From Azolla caroliniana (Eukaryota; Plantae; Polypodiophyta): a DNA stretch of 64,000 bases. Position 1 is the first letter of the stretch; the number at the start of each line of letters is the position of its first letter. The translations under genes and the position numbers were made by a program. Under the pieces are notes generated by a model. The model searched no databases. It was given only the letters and a program-made list of their open reading frames with translations, and was not told the DNA's origin. Location: NCBI GenBank assembly GCA_043228905.1, contig JBHGNT010000013.1:10850001-10914000 (forward strand), read 5' to 3'. Below are positions 34,174 to 48,284 of this stretch, one piece after another.

Positions 34174-37100
34174 ATGGAGAGCACAATGCATCATGGTGTC
34201 TTCACCATGTCGGAAGATGAATTGGAGGATATGTCATGGTCATCCAATGCATCGTTTGTATCTGAGGACGAATTGGATATTCCTTTTGAGTCATTAGATT
34301 CTGATCGTGAGGATGAGGCGGTTGATCCCTTCATGTATTGTTCCCCTAGGTATTTTGCATTTTCAAGAGGTACGTATAATTTGATGGTTAAAGATTTATT
34401 GGGACAAGTTAAGGTAACATTGGAAGCATTACGTGATGTCGCGAGGGGAGCACCTCTTTCACTTCATGCATGGAGGCGCATGAAGAGTCGTCTCATACTC
34501 GGGAATGAGAGTGCAATTTACCTTAAAGCATCACCTAATCTTCAAGTATTATACGTTGAGAAATGGAGGGAACTAGCATTTGCGTAACAGGGTGACACAT
34601 CCCATCACACGTTTTCAAAGACTCTTAAAGAGTTAAAGCTAGTTTATGCGACTGATGTACGTGATTATGGCATCCCACTAGAGTATGTAAAAGCACTCCT
34701 TACAAGTCGTGGTTGCCAAATGGTATCGAAGGTCGACCCGATAGAAGGTTTGGGATCAAGCATGGCCAAATATAACAAGATCCTACCCATAGAAGTGATC
34801 AAGGTAGAAACCCACTAGTTAGATGTTGCACTCATAGATTTGCAAACCAAGTACCACACACTTTTAAGGAAAGGAGTCAAGAAGGGCATGCGTGTGACTA
34901 GGTATAGTTGCCATCGTGCTGGGACATCTCGACTTGCATCTAATTCCACTCGACGAGGCAGGTGCACACTCCGATGTGGATGTTAGAATGAATGACGATG
35001 TTGACAATGAGATACTTACCATTTCAATATATGGACCTCAAGTGGTCATGTACCATGTAGTAGGTCGGATGTGTACCATTTGCCAGTACACCCCAATGTC
35101 ATAAGTTGTTGCAAAGATGACCTATTTGATGTTGGGTGTGCAAGGCATGTGGCACGAATGAGCATGCGTAAGGAAGCATATCATAAGTCCAAGGCTAGTC
35201 CATTAGGGCTTATTAGCTATCGGTTCTTTATGATAACAAAGGAGGTCCATAACATGGCAAATAGGTTAAAAATCAGGAGTGCCATGACTAATGTTGATTG
35301 GGCTTTGATGATGCAAGATGCCTATGCACTCCGAGATCTTGGGAAAGTGGCTCATGTTCAACCCTACCTGCCTAGTGAACCAGGATCTCCCGCCAAACAA
35401 CCATTTATCTTGATACTTCAAGATCAATGGATGTTGGAAATGTGTGAGCGGTTGACCCTGAACAACTCTTGGGCAATCGACTCAACATTTAAAACAAACC
35501 AATTCGGGCTACCATTATATGCAACAGTTGCCCCCAACGCCATGGAAATTGGGATCCCATTATGGTACATGCTTTGTAGTTCTAATAAGGGGTCAAACCA
35601 TGAGCAAGTCGCATTAGAAACTTGTTTGAGAGTCATATTCGCAAGGATGCCCACGGTGAGGCCAAATACGATAGTGATTGATAAATGTTGGACATCATAT
35701 AATGCCATAACTAATGTGGTTGCAACAGACCGTCAATCTTGGATTGTTGTAAATGGGCAACGATTGCAAGCACATTGTCGACTTTTGTTGTGTCAGTTTC
35801 ACGCCAAAAAGTCATGGGTGGACAACTTGTTGCCAAAAGTAAGTGCAACTAAGAGAAACCATCTTTATCAACGAATGTGCCAACTGATGCAATGCATTAC
35901 TGAATCCGCATTCAATGCGATGTGTGAGGAGTTAAAGGTAGAATATGCAGACAAGCCTGATGTTTGGCAATATATAGAAGGAGGATGGTGTGGTTTGACA
36001 TGTGTGTGGAGGAAACTCTGGCCCAAGTTTGGTAGAATGTTCAACTATGGACATGTTGACACTACCAATATTGTGGAAAGACATTGGCAGTTTATCAAGT
36101 ATACTACCTTGAGAGGAAGAATAAACCGATCAATTTGTTGAGGAATCGTTGCGGAATTCAAATCACAATAAACAAACAACGCTAAAATAGAATCACACCC
36201 GAATAACAGAAAAGACAAGATAAACAATGGTGCACAAAGATTTACGTGGAAACCCTAAAACGGGGAAAAACCACGGGAACAGAACTTCACTATACAAATA
36301 GTGGATATACACCAACGAGAAGGTTACAACACTCTGTCGAGTGTATCAGCCACACAAGGCTCTTCGCGTCTACTGTTACAAATACAACTATGGCACGGCT
36401 CACGCTTCTTCTCTCTCACACACACGCTCTCTCGTTCTAACTTTGTTCTACCTCTCACTGTTTTCTAAAAGTTTGCCCTAGTTGCATATATACTTACGCA
36501 ACTTTTCGGTTATTTACATACGTAGCCCTCATGGGGCGCACACTTAGACTATTCACAAGTATAGTCTCCCGAGTTGGCTATTTACCCGATTCCGGTTTCG
36601 GCCTCGACCGAGTCCCTCATCAACTCGGCTCCTCGACTGTCGGCTTTCCGGACGGTCGGATCTTCCTCCCACTGGAGGGACATATCCCAACACAATTATT
36701 GACCTTCTGCATGTCTTAATTAGGGACAGTGAAACAGGCACTTGCATAGGATGAACGGTAATAGAGTGGTATAAGCAACGACAAGAAAAATGTGAGAGTG
36801 GTCGGTTTGCACCCTGTGAGAATTGTAGGGATCAAAGGTCCCGACTTAAAGAAGCGGAGAGAATATTGGAAAGGTATGTCGACGATACTTCCACAATGGA
36901 AATTGTCGACGAGGCTCGATATTGGTTTAGAATCTTGAGCATGACGACTCCCACTCTATGGTATAATGTCTCACTCCAATGTTCATATTGTGATTGCCAA
37001 GACATTGCGAGTAAATGTAAGCATTTACTCGGTATCCGAATGATTATTGAGAGGCATATGCCACATTTATGTGGCTCATTGCCTTTTATAGATCACGCGA

Positions 37101-37634
37101 CCCAAATGCGAATGGACCATAATACAGAAATAGAAGTGGTGCAGAGGTAGAAGAGTCGAGGAGACAAACCCCACAACATCCAAGATTGAATCATTCAAGT
37201 CCAAAATACAAACGGTCGTGAAAGCACTTCAATATCTCGAGCAAGGGTTAGGAACCTTCGACTGTGCAACTATTGTTGAAGGTATACAAACATTGGAAGA
37301 TGTGGCTGAGAAGGTGTATCGCGTTGGTGCACCAAAATCAACCAATAAAGAAGATGGCATATCAATAAGTCGCAACCAACAAATCGGTGCCAAAAGAAGT
37401 GCAACAATATACATCTCGCAAGAACTTATTGGTAGCTCCCCAAACACTTCCAAATCCCACTCTGGAAAACTACAAAGAGGTGCAAGTTGGGCTACGAGGC
37501 GATTGCCAATAGGTGACCATGAGAAGGTTCGGTGTTTGCGTTGCGATGGCTTGACCTTGACTTCAAGGGACTCGAATGTTACATGTTGTAAAAATTGTGG
37601 TTGCATCTTACAATCATCCCGACATGAGCCATAA
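34174..37634 (+). pseudogene. MuDR/MULE transposase with SWIM zinc finger, degenerate and interrupted
   Basis: WAIDSTFKTN (D), IVIDKC (D), CQFHAKKSW (CxxH), DTTNIVERHW (E) and SWIM CDCQDIASKCKH. Contains stops, frameshifts and a solo LTR insertion. Confidence 0.92.
36136..36692 (-). mobile_element. copia solo LTR
   Basis: TGTTG...CAACA ends and a perfect 5-bp TSD CAATT. The minus strand starts TGTTGGGATATGTCCCTCC like the other copia LTRs. Confidence 0.95.
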
Positions 37635-38337
37635 TCTTAATATGTAACGTGTATATTCATATTTCATTTTAGGGTTGTCAACATTTGACGTTTTAATATT
37701 TTATGTAAGACTTGTTATTTGAATCTTTAGGGTTTTTTGAGAAATTCTATGATTAGTTTCATGGCAAATATTTGTTGTACACTTACCATTTTTTGGAGTT
37801 TTTGATGTTTGATTTTAAGTCGGGCTCCTTCCCTGAGTCGGTCGGGCTCTTGATGACAGAGGTTGTCAAACAACGGGGCTCCTTTTGACAGAGTCGGGCT
37901 CCTTCTTACTGATGCTGTCAGACAGCGGGGCTCCTTCTGACAGAGTCGGGCTCCTGCGTAAAGAGGCTGTCTAACAGCGGGGGTTCTTTTGACAGAGTCG
38001 GGCTCCTTTTCACAAAGTTGGGCTCCTGGTGACAGACATTGTCAGCTTTTTATCCATCTCGGACGGTGGAGATCGAACGCGCCATCAACGGTGCGACCTG
38101 CACCGTCCCTCTCCGCGATTCCCTCACTTGCCCTCTTAAACATTTGGTAGTAGTTAGTCACGAGCGTAGGAACGAGCAGCATTTAGAGCTACATATGTAC
38201 ATATATATACATATACATATACATATACATACTGATACATACATATCTTCCCATTTTCCTTATGACTTTTTTGGTGCGCGCTGCAGGTAGATATACATAC
38301 ATTATTACATACATACATAATTTGAACGCTGGTGGCG

Positions 38338-41300
38338 ATGAAGACGACGGAGATGGAGCTCCCCGTCATCGATCTTGGACCTTACCTCCGATCCTCAGGT
38401 CGCCTCGCCGATCCCCACCTTTTCCCTGCCTCTGCAGATCCAGATGCAGATGCAGATGCAGCTGCAGAACCTCAGACCACCTTCATTAATGGCGATGCTG
38501 ATGCCCATGTTTCCGCGTCGCTCTGCAGTAGAGTCTCTGCTTCTCTGAGAGACTATGGAGCTCTGGTCGTCCGAGACCCTCGCTGTCACGCGCAAGACAG
38601 TGACAAGTTCTTGGACATGATGGAGGCCTTCTTCCAAACGCCGGATCTCTTCAAACGCCAACAAGAACGACCCCTCCTCCACTATCAGGTTACATACTTC
38701 CTCCCTCTCTATTTTATATCCAATCCCTCCCATTCTTTGCCGTACTCTCCATTCCCGCTCTCATATTTCTGTGTGTTTATTTGCAATCTGTGTCATTTTC
38801 TTGCATTATCATTCTCTAAGTTCTTATATGCAAAAATCTGACATTCCAATGCTATATGATATCTGTCTCCCTTTCTCTCTCTTTCTCTATCTGCGTGTCT
38901 GTATGCAGAAAGTGACATTTTGTTTCCTTAAGACTCTTTTTCCCATCTCACTGTATTTGTTTGTGAGACAGGTAGGCGTGACTCCTGGTGGCGTTGAGCT
39001 ACCTCGTAGTGCAGTGGACAAGGACATGGAGAAGGCTGCATCCCTGCTTCCTGAAGATTCCCGTCCTTGCATTCCTACTGGACCTGATCGCAAATGGCGT
39101 TACATGTGGAGAATAGGCCCTCGTCCTCCCCAAACCAAGTTCCAAGTAGGTCGTTCTCACTTTGTTTGATATGAAATGGCGTTTCTATGTAGACTTAAGG
39201 CTCCTTTAAGCAGCTACTTTTACTTGCTTGATGTGAAATTATGTTTCTATGTGGAGACTAGGTCCTTCAGAGTAAGCTATTTTACCTTTGTTTGATACGA
39301 AAATGGTGTTTCTATTTGGAGATTAAGCTCTGTAAAAGTAAAGCTATTTTTCCTTTATCGATGTGAAAAGTGGCATTGTGTGCCAAAGTATGACAGTTTT
39401 ATACGTGGCTTCATTTGATGTAAAAAGGGTGCTCATTAAAACTTTGTTGAGTGTGTGAATTTGGCTGCTTGAAATTGTTATGAAAAGACAGAATCTAATA
39501 GAAATGGATAAAATTCCTACTAAATTGCTAGAGATTTAAGGTTATTTTCTCATAAATTCATTCTAGTTCATATCTGATAAGGGAACATGGCTGATTGGCA
39601 ACATTTCTTGTTGAGACTGAGGATTAAGATCACTGTGTCCTGTTTGCATTTTCAAATGTCACAACTGAACTTTAACTTCACATTCAAGAGTCTGTTAACT
39701 TTTTAACCATAATGTAGCTTCATTGCAGCTGCTGCTATGTATTTCTGGATTTGTTCTCAATATTATTGCTACAAATTTATTTTACAGTGCCGCGGCGTTT
39801 TGCACTTCAGTTTGTAACCACATTATTCCGTTGCATATACATATTGAAGTCAATAATGTGAAACAGTCACTCGTTGGTCTTCTGCATATATTTCTTGTTT
39901 ATGAAATTGCAATGATCATTCAAGCAATGGAGTCTCTGTTATTGTGAAGAAGATGGAACTTTAAAATAATTAGGGCAGACCAAAAAGTAAAGATATCATG
40001 AAATGAGTTTAAACTATTAACTATGACGACAATGACTTTTATAGTTGGGCATATTTGAATAGATTAATAGTTATCCTTGGAGGTGAAGATGCGATCAATC
40101 TTCCCTGTCTAGACAATCCAAAAATGTAGTCCTACTAATGCGATCTGATTTGCAAATTGTAATGAGATTCTGAAGTGGGAATTGGTATTCTACTAGAACA
40201 ATTTTAAGAGTTGATCTGCTGGACTATTCGATCAACTTGATGTCTATAATAAATACTGGTCATACATGTAAGCTTGATTCTTTTAGATTTGGGCTAAATT
40301 TGAGCTGCAAATATGCTTCATAAACATGAATATTCTTAGATTAGAGGAATTCGCATGTATGTTTGAACTGATTTTATAATGTTGAGGAACCTGAAAAGAT
40401 TGGATGACAGTAATTGTGTTTCTGGTAGTGCAGGAATTAAATGCAGAGCCTGTAATTCCAGAAGGTTTTCCAGACTGGGTGGATATAATGAATGGATGGG
40501 GTTCAAAGATGATTGCTGCTGTTGAAGTGGGTCATCTATCTAGTGAAAAATCATACGTTTCTTTTTTTCGTATTGATTCCATTGATGCTCATTGTGGATG
40601 AAATCAGGTTGTCGCAGAGATGGCAGCAATTGGGTTTGGGCTTCACACGGAAGCATTCACTTCATTAATGTTTCAGGTATCAAGGCAACCTGAACCATTC
40701 TTCGTAAATAATGATTTATGGTTTATTACATTTCCAAAAATATGTACATTGTGCTGAAGTTCTGGCCCTGAAGGCAGGGGCCACATTTACTTGCGCCTAC
40801 TGGGAGTAACCTTGAAACGGATGGGCAAGAAGGAACAATATTGGCTGGTTATCACTATGATTTAAACTTCCTCACCATTCATGGGCGGTGTCGATTTCCT
40901 GGCCTTTTCATTTGGATGAGAAGTGGAGAGAAAGTAGAAGTAAATGTCCCCCCTGGCTGTCTTTTGCTTCAAACTGGCAAGCAGGTTAATTTCGAAATTC
41001 CTCTTATTTCTTATGCTTTGTAATTCAAGTATCTGTTGATGTACATTTTATATGCTTACCTTCATTCATATATAGAAACTCAATGTGATAGTTTATGTAC
41101 CTTAGCGTTGCATGTTGAATTACTGATGTTATTTGTTAGGATGTTACTTACAGCATCAGTGCATGAAGCTGTCAATTAGTATATAAAGCCTTAAAATGCT
41201 TAAGTTCTACTTTTTTTACCCAAATGTCCTGAAATTTCTTTATTTCCCTAAACGCCATTAATTAATCCCTGAGAAGGAAAAAGGGACAAGTTGGCCATAT

Positions 41301-42133
41301 AATTGCTCAATAGCACCTATAATTGCTGTTCGGCGTTTCTGTAGGTCATTGAAAAATAATGGAAACTCAGGGTCATTTAGGAGAATATAAAAAATGTGTA
41401 TTTTAAACTTTCCCCCTTCTTTTATCTTGTTTAAGTATCATATACTAAATTTTATGAGCCCAGAATATTTTATTCTTATAATGATATGCATGAAATGTTT
41501 GACCATATATGTCATGTTTTTCAGTTTGAGTGGCTTACAGGAGGAGACTGTAGTGCTGGGATGCATGAAGTGGTTGTGAGCAAAAAAACAGTAGATGCAA
41601 TTCACTCAGCAGTTCAGGATGGAAGATGTCTTTGGAGAGTCTCATCAACGGTATGTCGATCTTTGTCGTTTTGAGTATTATTGGCCAAGCACCAAAGTTC
41701 CTCTTGAAGGTCTCAAATTTAAGCATGGCATATTATAGAATCAGCATTAACATTACATTTTGCTAGTTGATTGAGAGACAATAAAATTTTGCTAGTTGAT
41801 GGTTGACCTAGTGTATTTGAGGAAATAACAAAATCTTACGGGAATTTGGGGAATAAAGAAAACTGAAGGGGTATTTCTGAGTTTTTCTGTGTAAAGCAAA
41901 ATAATTTTATCTCTTTCACTGTTAAGTACAATAGGAAATTTGTCTTCACTTCCTCTTTCCATCACTAAAACTTCTATTGTGATCAACAGGTATTCGGACA
42001 TATTGCATCAGATGCGATTCTTAAACCATTGGGCCACTTTGCAAATCAGCCAAATGCTGATAAATACCCTGCCATTTGTGCAGGAGACTACGTAGAGTCA
42101 GAACTATCAGTGATTAAGCTGAAAGGAAAGTAA
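38338..42133 (+). CDS. 2-oxoglutarate/Fe(II)-dependent dioxygenase-like protein, 7 exons, 387 aa
   Basis: Exons 38338-38688, 38972-39145, 40434-40526, 40608-40676, 40778-40984, 41525-41650 and 41990-42133. All introns are GT-AG and phase 0, and the frame is open throughout. Motifs ELPVIDL, HYD (HxD), GMHEV (distal H) and RVS (RxS). An alternative ATG lies at 38353. Confidence 0.93.
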
Positions 42134-42649
42134 GTGAAACTCCAGAGGTTAGGTTGAATGTGCAAATATTGTAAGAACTAGAACTGAATTCTATGTGGTG
42201 ATAGCTTGACCCAATATTTACTGGGTTATCACTATCTTAAAACATCTTATGAAAGGTCTTTTCCCAAGTTCTTGTTGAGATCAATTGTAGACTAACCAAG
42301 TTCATTTCATATTACTCCTGTTTTTCATATAATAACCATGTTAATAAACTAGAACCTTTGGATAATATGGATTTTTTGTGTGTGGGTTCAAGTGATTCAC
42401 GAGTTCACATTAGTGCTAAATATTCCGTTAGGTGTTCAAATATAAAGTGAAAGCATTGCATGACATAACATGATTGTTGCGCATGTGGGTTTTCCTGAGA
42501 GTCAGCTCCAGAATTTTGTGGTACAGGCATAGAAGCTAGGGGAGGTTGTCAAAATATGGCTTCAATTAGAAGAATTTTATTAGTGTTGTATCTTGATGTG
42601 ACCGTCCAATATCCTGACCTTGGATCATCCTGTCACCCTGTGTTTACGA

Positions 42650-45500
42650 TCCAATGGGGCCTGGCCCACTGTATTCAAAGTCTGCTGGGCATGAGGCCTG
42701 ATCGTTAATAGAGAAGTGTATCTCCTGGTGCTGTCATTGCTTATCAATATATGCCTTAATGACATTATAGGACCTTAAGATGTAGCAACATCTTGATTCA
42801 ATCTTTGACCATGGGGAGTGGTTAGACTTCATGTTCGTACCAGGGTATATCTTTGTCAAGCCACTCCTTGATTTGAATGTGGGTCTTGGAACCTCACCAA
42901 TCATAGTACACAAGCAAATGGATTGGCCATGTTGACAAAATAACGTTTCAGCATGTACATAAGACAATCACAAACAAAACCGCACAGAATGGGACCAGAA
43001 GCTCAATTCAACACTTTGGGCATATGGACCAGCTGTATGACATATGTGTAGGTGGCACTATTTTTCTTGGTGTTAGCCTCAAAGAAATCACCAAAGTGTT
43101 GAGTAGATGGGTTCTGCGATTGTTGACGAGCCTGATTGGCATCCAAATTGGCACCAAATATGAGCGTACAAGAATCTTAGCATTGAGGTTGCCATATTAT
43201 CTTGCAATGCCTTCACCTCCACCCACTTTGTACAATTGTAGCGATTGCAGGTTTAGGTTGTGTTGAAGAGTTCAACAAAATCCAACACTCCATTTTTGAA
43301 ACGGTTGTAGGGGAAGTATAGGGTTTTGTGGTATCTAGGCCATCTCCTTTGGCTGATCCATCCATTTGCAATGCTCACATTCCTAGCATTGGTGATGCAT
43401 GTCACATTGCATGGTCAACTGTACCATTTGGCTGTAGTTGAGTCCATGTAGTGATTACTTGTGAGATTGCAATGGGCTTCCTTGAGAATGCTTGTCTGTC
43501 TTCTCATGGTTCCAATTCCTCGGTGCCAAATTCCAATAGTGCCAGAATTGTGGTACATTTTGCCATTGAGGCAAATATTCTGGTTGTGAACGGCCAGTTG
43601 CTTGAGGTAATCGTTATTAGTCATGTTGGTTGGCACTACGCCATCATCCAAGAAGAATGAAGCGTGTAGAAGCCACTTGTCTAGGTTGTCTTTGTGACAA
43701 TGTTTGTCATCTGCACTGACGAGTAGGATGACAACAGTAGGAAAGTTGTCCATGCACCTATAGAGCTTCACTAGGCTCTAGTTGGACAAGTAATACACCA
43801 ATGTGCGTTGTGTTTAGGCAAAGGAATATCTCAAACTCAAACTCAAACTTGTGAAGTAAGATCTTCTAATGTGCAAGTTTGCCAACCAAAGCGGTCTTAG
43901 CCACTAGGTAGAAGAGCCTTCCTGATATATATGAAAGGTCAATGTCTGGCCTAGCAACTAGTGCCGGAACTTTGTGATGTTGTAGATCATCTCATGGTTT
44001 TATGCTCCATTATTGAGTTCCGCTCAACTTTTGATATTTTCTTGTCGGCGGCATAGTACACCATTTGTTAAGAATTGGAATCATACAACTACATCAATAG
44101 TTTTTTGATCTGTGAATCAAAAGCATTGAAAAAGACATGAAAAAGACATTAGTACTTGAGCTAGCATAACTGAGGGCTATGAAGGCCTGTTCCTCAATGT
44201 TCCAATTAAATGATGATTTATGAAAATTGACATGGAGGCGTGTTGTAAAGTCGGCTAGGTAGCGGACCACATAGCAATGCCACTGTTGCTTGAGGAATTG
44301 GGCAAGGCCTTTTGTGTTCATTAGGTAGGGCGTTGGCTTTACTGGGGTTTGATGAGGATGCCATCCTTGTTGAAACTGTGCTTGCAGAGCATGTTTTGGC
44401 TACTCCGAATGCAACATGATTCCAGACATAGCCATGAGTGTTGTAAGTGTCGGCTTGGTTGTCAAACATGGAGAAAGAATTGAGAAACATGCATATAAAG
44501 GATGATATGGACTAGAAAATCTTAATGATGATACTTTGGAATGTGGTGAGAGCCTTGTTGATGCCAAACATCACATAGTCGACTGCTGTGTAAACACCAA
44601 ATTCCATAATGAAGGCCTCCGTTTAGATCTGGTTATAGCTGTTGAAACCTTTGAGTAAACTGTAAATTATATGTGACCCACTGCATTATCGACATTGTCC
44701 GTAAAGGGAAAAAGGTGTAATAGATGGTGGCCACATTGAACTTGTGATAGTTTATGTAGACTTGTATTTTTCCATTCATGTTCAAAACAACTATCCTGCT
44801 CAGCCATATGGCTTTCTTGACAAGCTGAATGAATCTCACCCAAAAAAGTTTGTCTATTTCTTCTTTGACGAGGGTCGTATAATAGAGTTTCATTTGGTAT
44901 TGTTTGTTTCTGGATGGGGGTTGAATCTTGTATCAAATGGATTGATGCTAGTAGAATCCAGGATCCACACCCTGCTTATCTTCATAGGACCAAGAGAAGA
45001 TGTCTCAGTGATTGCTAATTAGGTGGAGCTCTTGGAAAAATAATGGGTTGAGGCTTTTAGTGATCTTCACTTGTTGGGGTGCAAAGATTGACTTCTATTG
45101 AGTTAATCGACAAATGTTGGGATGTTGACAACTCCCAATCCAAGGAAACCCGTGCTTGTGTAAGATTAACGAGTGATTTAATTGATGGTTTTGATACTTT
45201 AGGTTGCTTTGTTGTTAGTAGGGTTGCTAAACTTGCCCCACATTGATCTCGAAAAGTAATGTGATATTTGGATGATCATTTGTGCACACCTTAAGGTTAT
45301 CGTCAGTTATTCCTTCAAGCCTATTGAGGGGGGTGTTGAGTGGTGGTGAGGTTGCAGTGGCTTGGGAGATTTTAGGAGCTTGATATGTCTTGCATTATTA
45401 GACGATGTGGCCAAGTTGCCAATTTTGATTGATGTAGGTGTAGCTATGGGTGACCCAACAGCGAAGGGTAAGCCCCACCTTTGCAACAAATGAAGGTTCA
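42650..45500 (-). mobile_element. highly degenerate Ty3/gypsy (probably non-chromovirus) pol remnant
   Basis: RT fragment LVKEEIDKL..FIQ..WLSRIVV..NGKIQVYINYHKFNVAT and integrase zinc-finger fragment SILKEAHC. Many stops; boundaries are approximate. Confidence 0.7.
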
Positions 45501-48284
45501 ACTGTTTAGTTTCGGCCAGTTTGGGCAATGGTGGTCATCAATTGATGGAGGTCGAAAATAGGTAGCTTGCATTGGATATACCGATGCCATGTGCTCTTTA
45601 GACTTTATTAGATATCGATCGCTTAACTACGTCACAAATAAAGGTTGGGGACACTTAATATAGAAAGCTAATTAGGATAATATTAACGAAAGCATGACAA
45701 ATTGTTTGATTAATAGTACGATTGCGTGATAGTTCTTAGTGGTAACTTAAGGTGGTTAGGAGTGAAACTCAACTAATCTCAAATGAACATAAGAGTGCAA
45801 CTCTACTTTGAGGATGGATAGGCTTAGGAGAATTAAATGGGTATTATTCTTCTATATGCAAACTATGCTTTGTGTTCAGATATCTCCCTTTCCTTGGTCT
45901 TCTTCTCCTCTTGCATTGAGGGCTTAGAGTGGTGTTTGTATTGGTTGTATTGACTGTGTCACTCATGTATATGATATTATAACCATGTTGGCCATACATA
46001 TCATTAGGTCCTTTACCTTTACTCTAGGAGAAAACTTAAAATTTATTAATTGCGTTGTAGTTCAATCTTGTATCTTAGTTTTCTAATTAATTGCAACCTA
46101 TCTAATAATGATAAAACTAATAATATAATTACAAGCTATCATATGAACAACAAATATAATATCATAAAGGCAAAATTGTGTTCATGTTGGATGCAAGATA
46201 TGACAATGGTTTGGAAGATGGGATACAATTGCTTCATGATGCATTAGTAGATTCCTTTGTGAACAATGACGTTTTGTAATATTGATGGATCATCACTTGG
46301 GATAAATGTGGAGGTTCATGCGTCACACATTATTATAAATATATTGCACCTAACTACAAAATTGTATCGTTTGCCAATTTGGGAAACCATACATTGATGC
46401 ATGTTAGAGCCTATCCTATTGTCTTCATTCTAAACCATTGCTTTCATGTAACTTGGTTTGTATATGCTTCGATGTGAGACATGACATTGGGGTGTAGGTG
46501 ATGGTAAACTATCCACATTTTACAATGCTTTGTCCTAGATCATATTTAACTATAAGTTCCACAAATCTTTGATCCAACCCAATCTTACCACGATTTCCTC
46601 TCACAATCATAATGTGCATGATCAAGTACAATATTCTTGAACATTGATAACTACTACTCACTTTCTTATGTATTGCATGAAAATGTTTTAAGTGTGGTCT
46701 CATAGGTTATATTTGACTTATAAAGACAATAATCAAAACTATCTTTCTATTTATCTATCTATATATCCATCAAGATTTCAGGCATCCCATTGAGATTATA
46801 CACATCTAAAGGTTAGAAGATAACCCTCACAAGGGAAAACAAAATTTGAATGAAATATGAAAACCAAATGTTGATTTTGAAGATATGAAAAATGGTTTGG
46901 AAGATAAATCAATAAATTCTTCCATGAATGTGGCCCTTTTTTGCAATGCCAATCTATAATGTCTTGGGAAAGATGTTGAGGCACATTTTTTCACAGAATA
47001 TATATTACACATTGCATCGAACCATAAAGCCATCTTCTTCTCCGAACAAGGAAACAAGTCTATTAACCAATACATGGTAAGAGCCCATCTCTTTGTTTAA
47101 ATCCACACCATAGCTTGCATATGACTTGACTCACATTTTATTCAATGTGAGATGGGGCACAAGCGAAGAGACTCATCAATAAAGCATATTTTTCTTGAAC
47201 AGGTTCATGAGTTTACAATGCTCTACCTTCAACTGTGCATTTGAGTTTATTTTCAAAATATTATCAATCAAGTTCCAATTATCACACACATTTCTCTTAC
47301 AACCTTTGGGTGCAATCTTAATTATAAAGTTCATTTGTAAACAAATGTTAGCATTGAGATTCACTATTGACCACTACATATGCCATGTGAAAATATTTCA
47401 GTTTTGGTTCCATAGTTCATATTTGATCTATATTATTGCCGTTGGACTATTTCCATAGTTCAAATATGACCTATGAGACTATATGGGAATCCTTTTTACG
47501 GAGTATGTGTGGAATTTAGTAGTGATTCTCAATTTTCAAGAAAATTGCTAATAAATGTTGCAATCAAGAGTACACATTGTGATTATGAGAGGAAGGTATG
47601 AGAGACTGGACAAGAGAGAGATATTATAAGTATATGGAAGAAAGAATATGTATGTATGTATTATTTCTTCCATTTTACCTTCTTGATGAAGATGAAATAT
47701 ATATTACATTTGAGATCATGTTATCGTGTTTGCTTCTCCACCGTAAAGGAACTTGTTGGAAAAGTACAAAACCCAACATACATGGCTCTTTTTTCTCACA
47801 TTTCTATCATAAACTTGTTGACAATAGATAATGTTTTTATTGTGCCCCAAAAAATGATGACGTTATATTGATGTCTCTTATGGTTGTTCGCATAGGTAAG
47901 TGATTATGTGGATAGTGAAGGGAGTAGGTTGTTGGAAAGGTTGTGCCCTTGAGTTGTTCAGATGTGGGAATTTGTTTTTAACATGCATTCTCTATTCTTG
48001 GGGCATGAAGGGGACATTAGGATATTGCGTATTAATGTCTCTTCAATTTTTGATCACGCAGAATTCGTTATAACATCTCTATGAATCCAAAATTATGTCA
48101 TGTGGTTTCCAATCAAATCTTCATATCCCGTTTATTCGTTTATTTGCAAAACTTTGTACAAGGCACCGTCTTTTCAACCTTGGGCCATAGAATTTTCATT
48201 TATAAAGCCAACCCTTCCAGTGAAAAGCTCTCATTAATTGCTAGTGTAAAAATCTCTAAGTCCTGTTTTACATCATATCCCATC

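Larger units (their letters stand above)
21857..38189 (+). mobile_element. Mutator-like element (about 16.3 kb including nested inserts) carrying ULP1 and transposase genes
   Basis: Inverted repeats of about 120 bp at 21861-21990 and 38045-38161 (GAGGGCAAGTGAGGGAATCACGGAGAGGGACGGTGCA and its complement). Contains a MULE DDE transposase, and both ends abut (TA/TACA)n. Confidence 0.85.
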
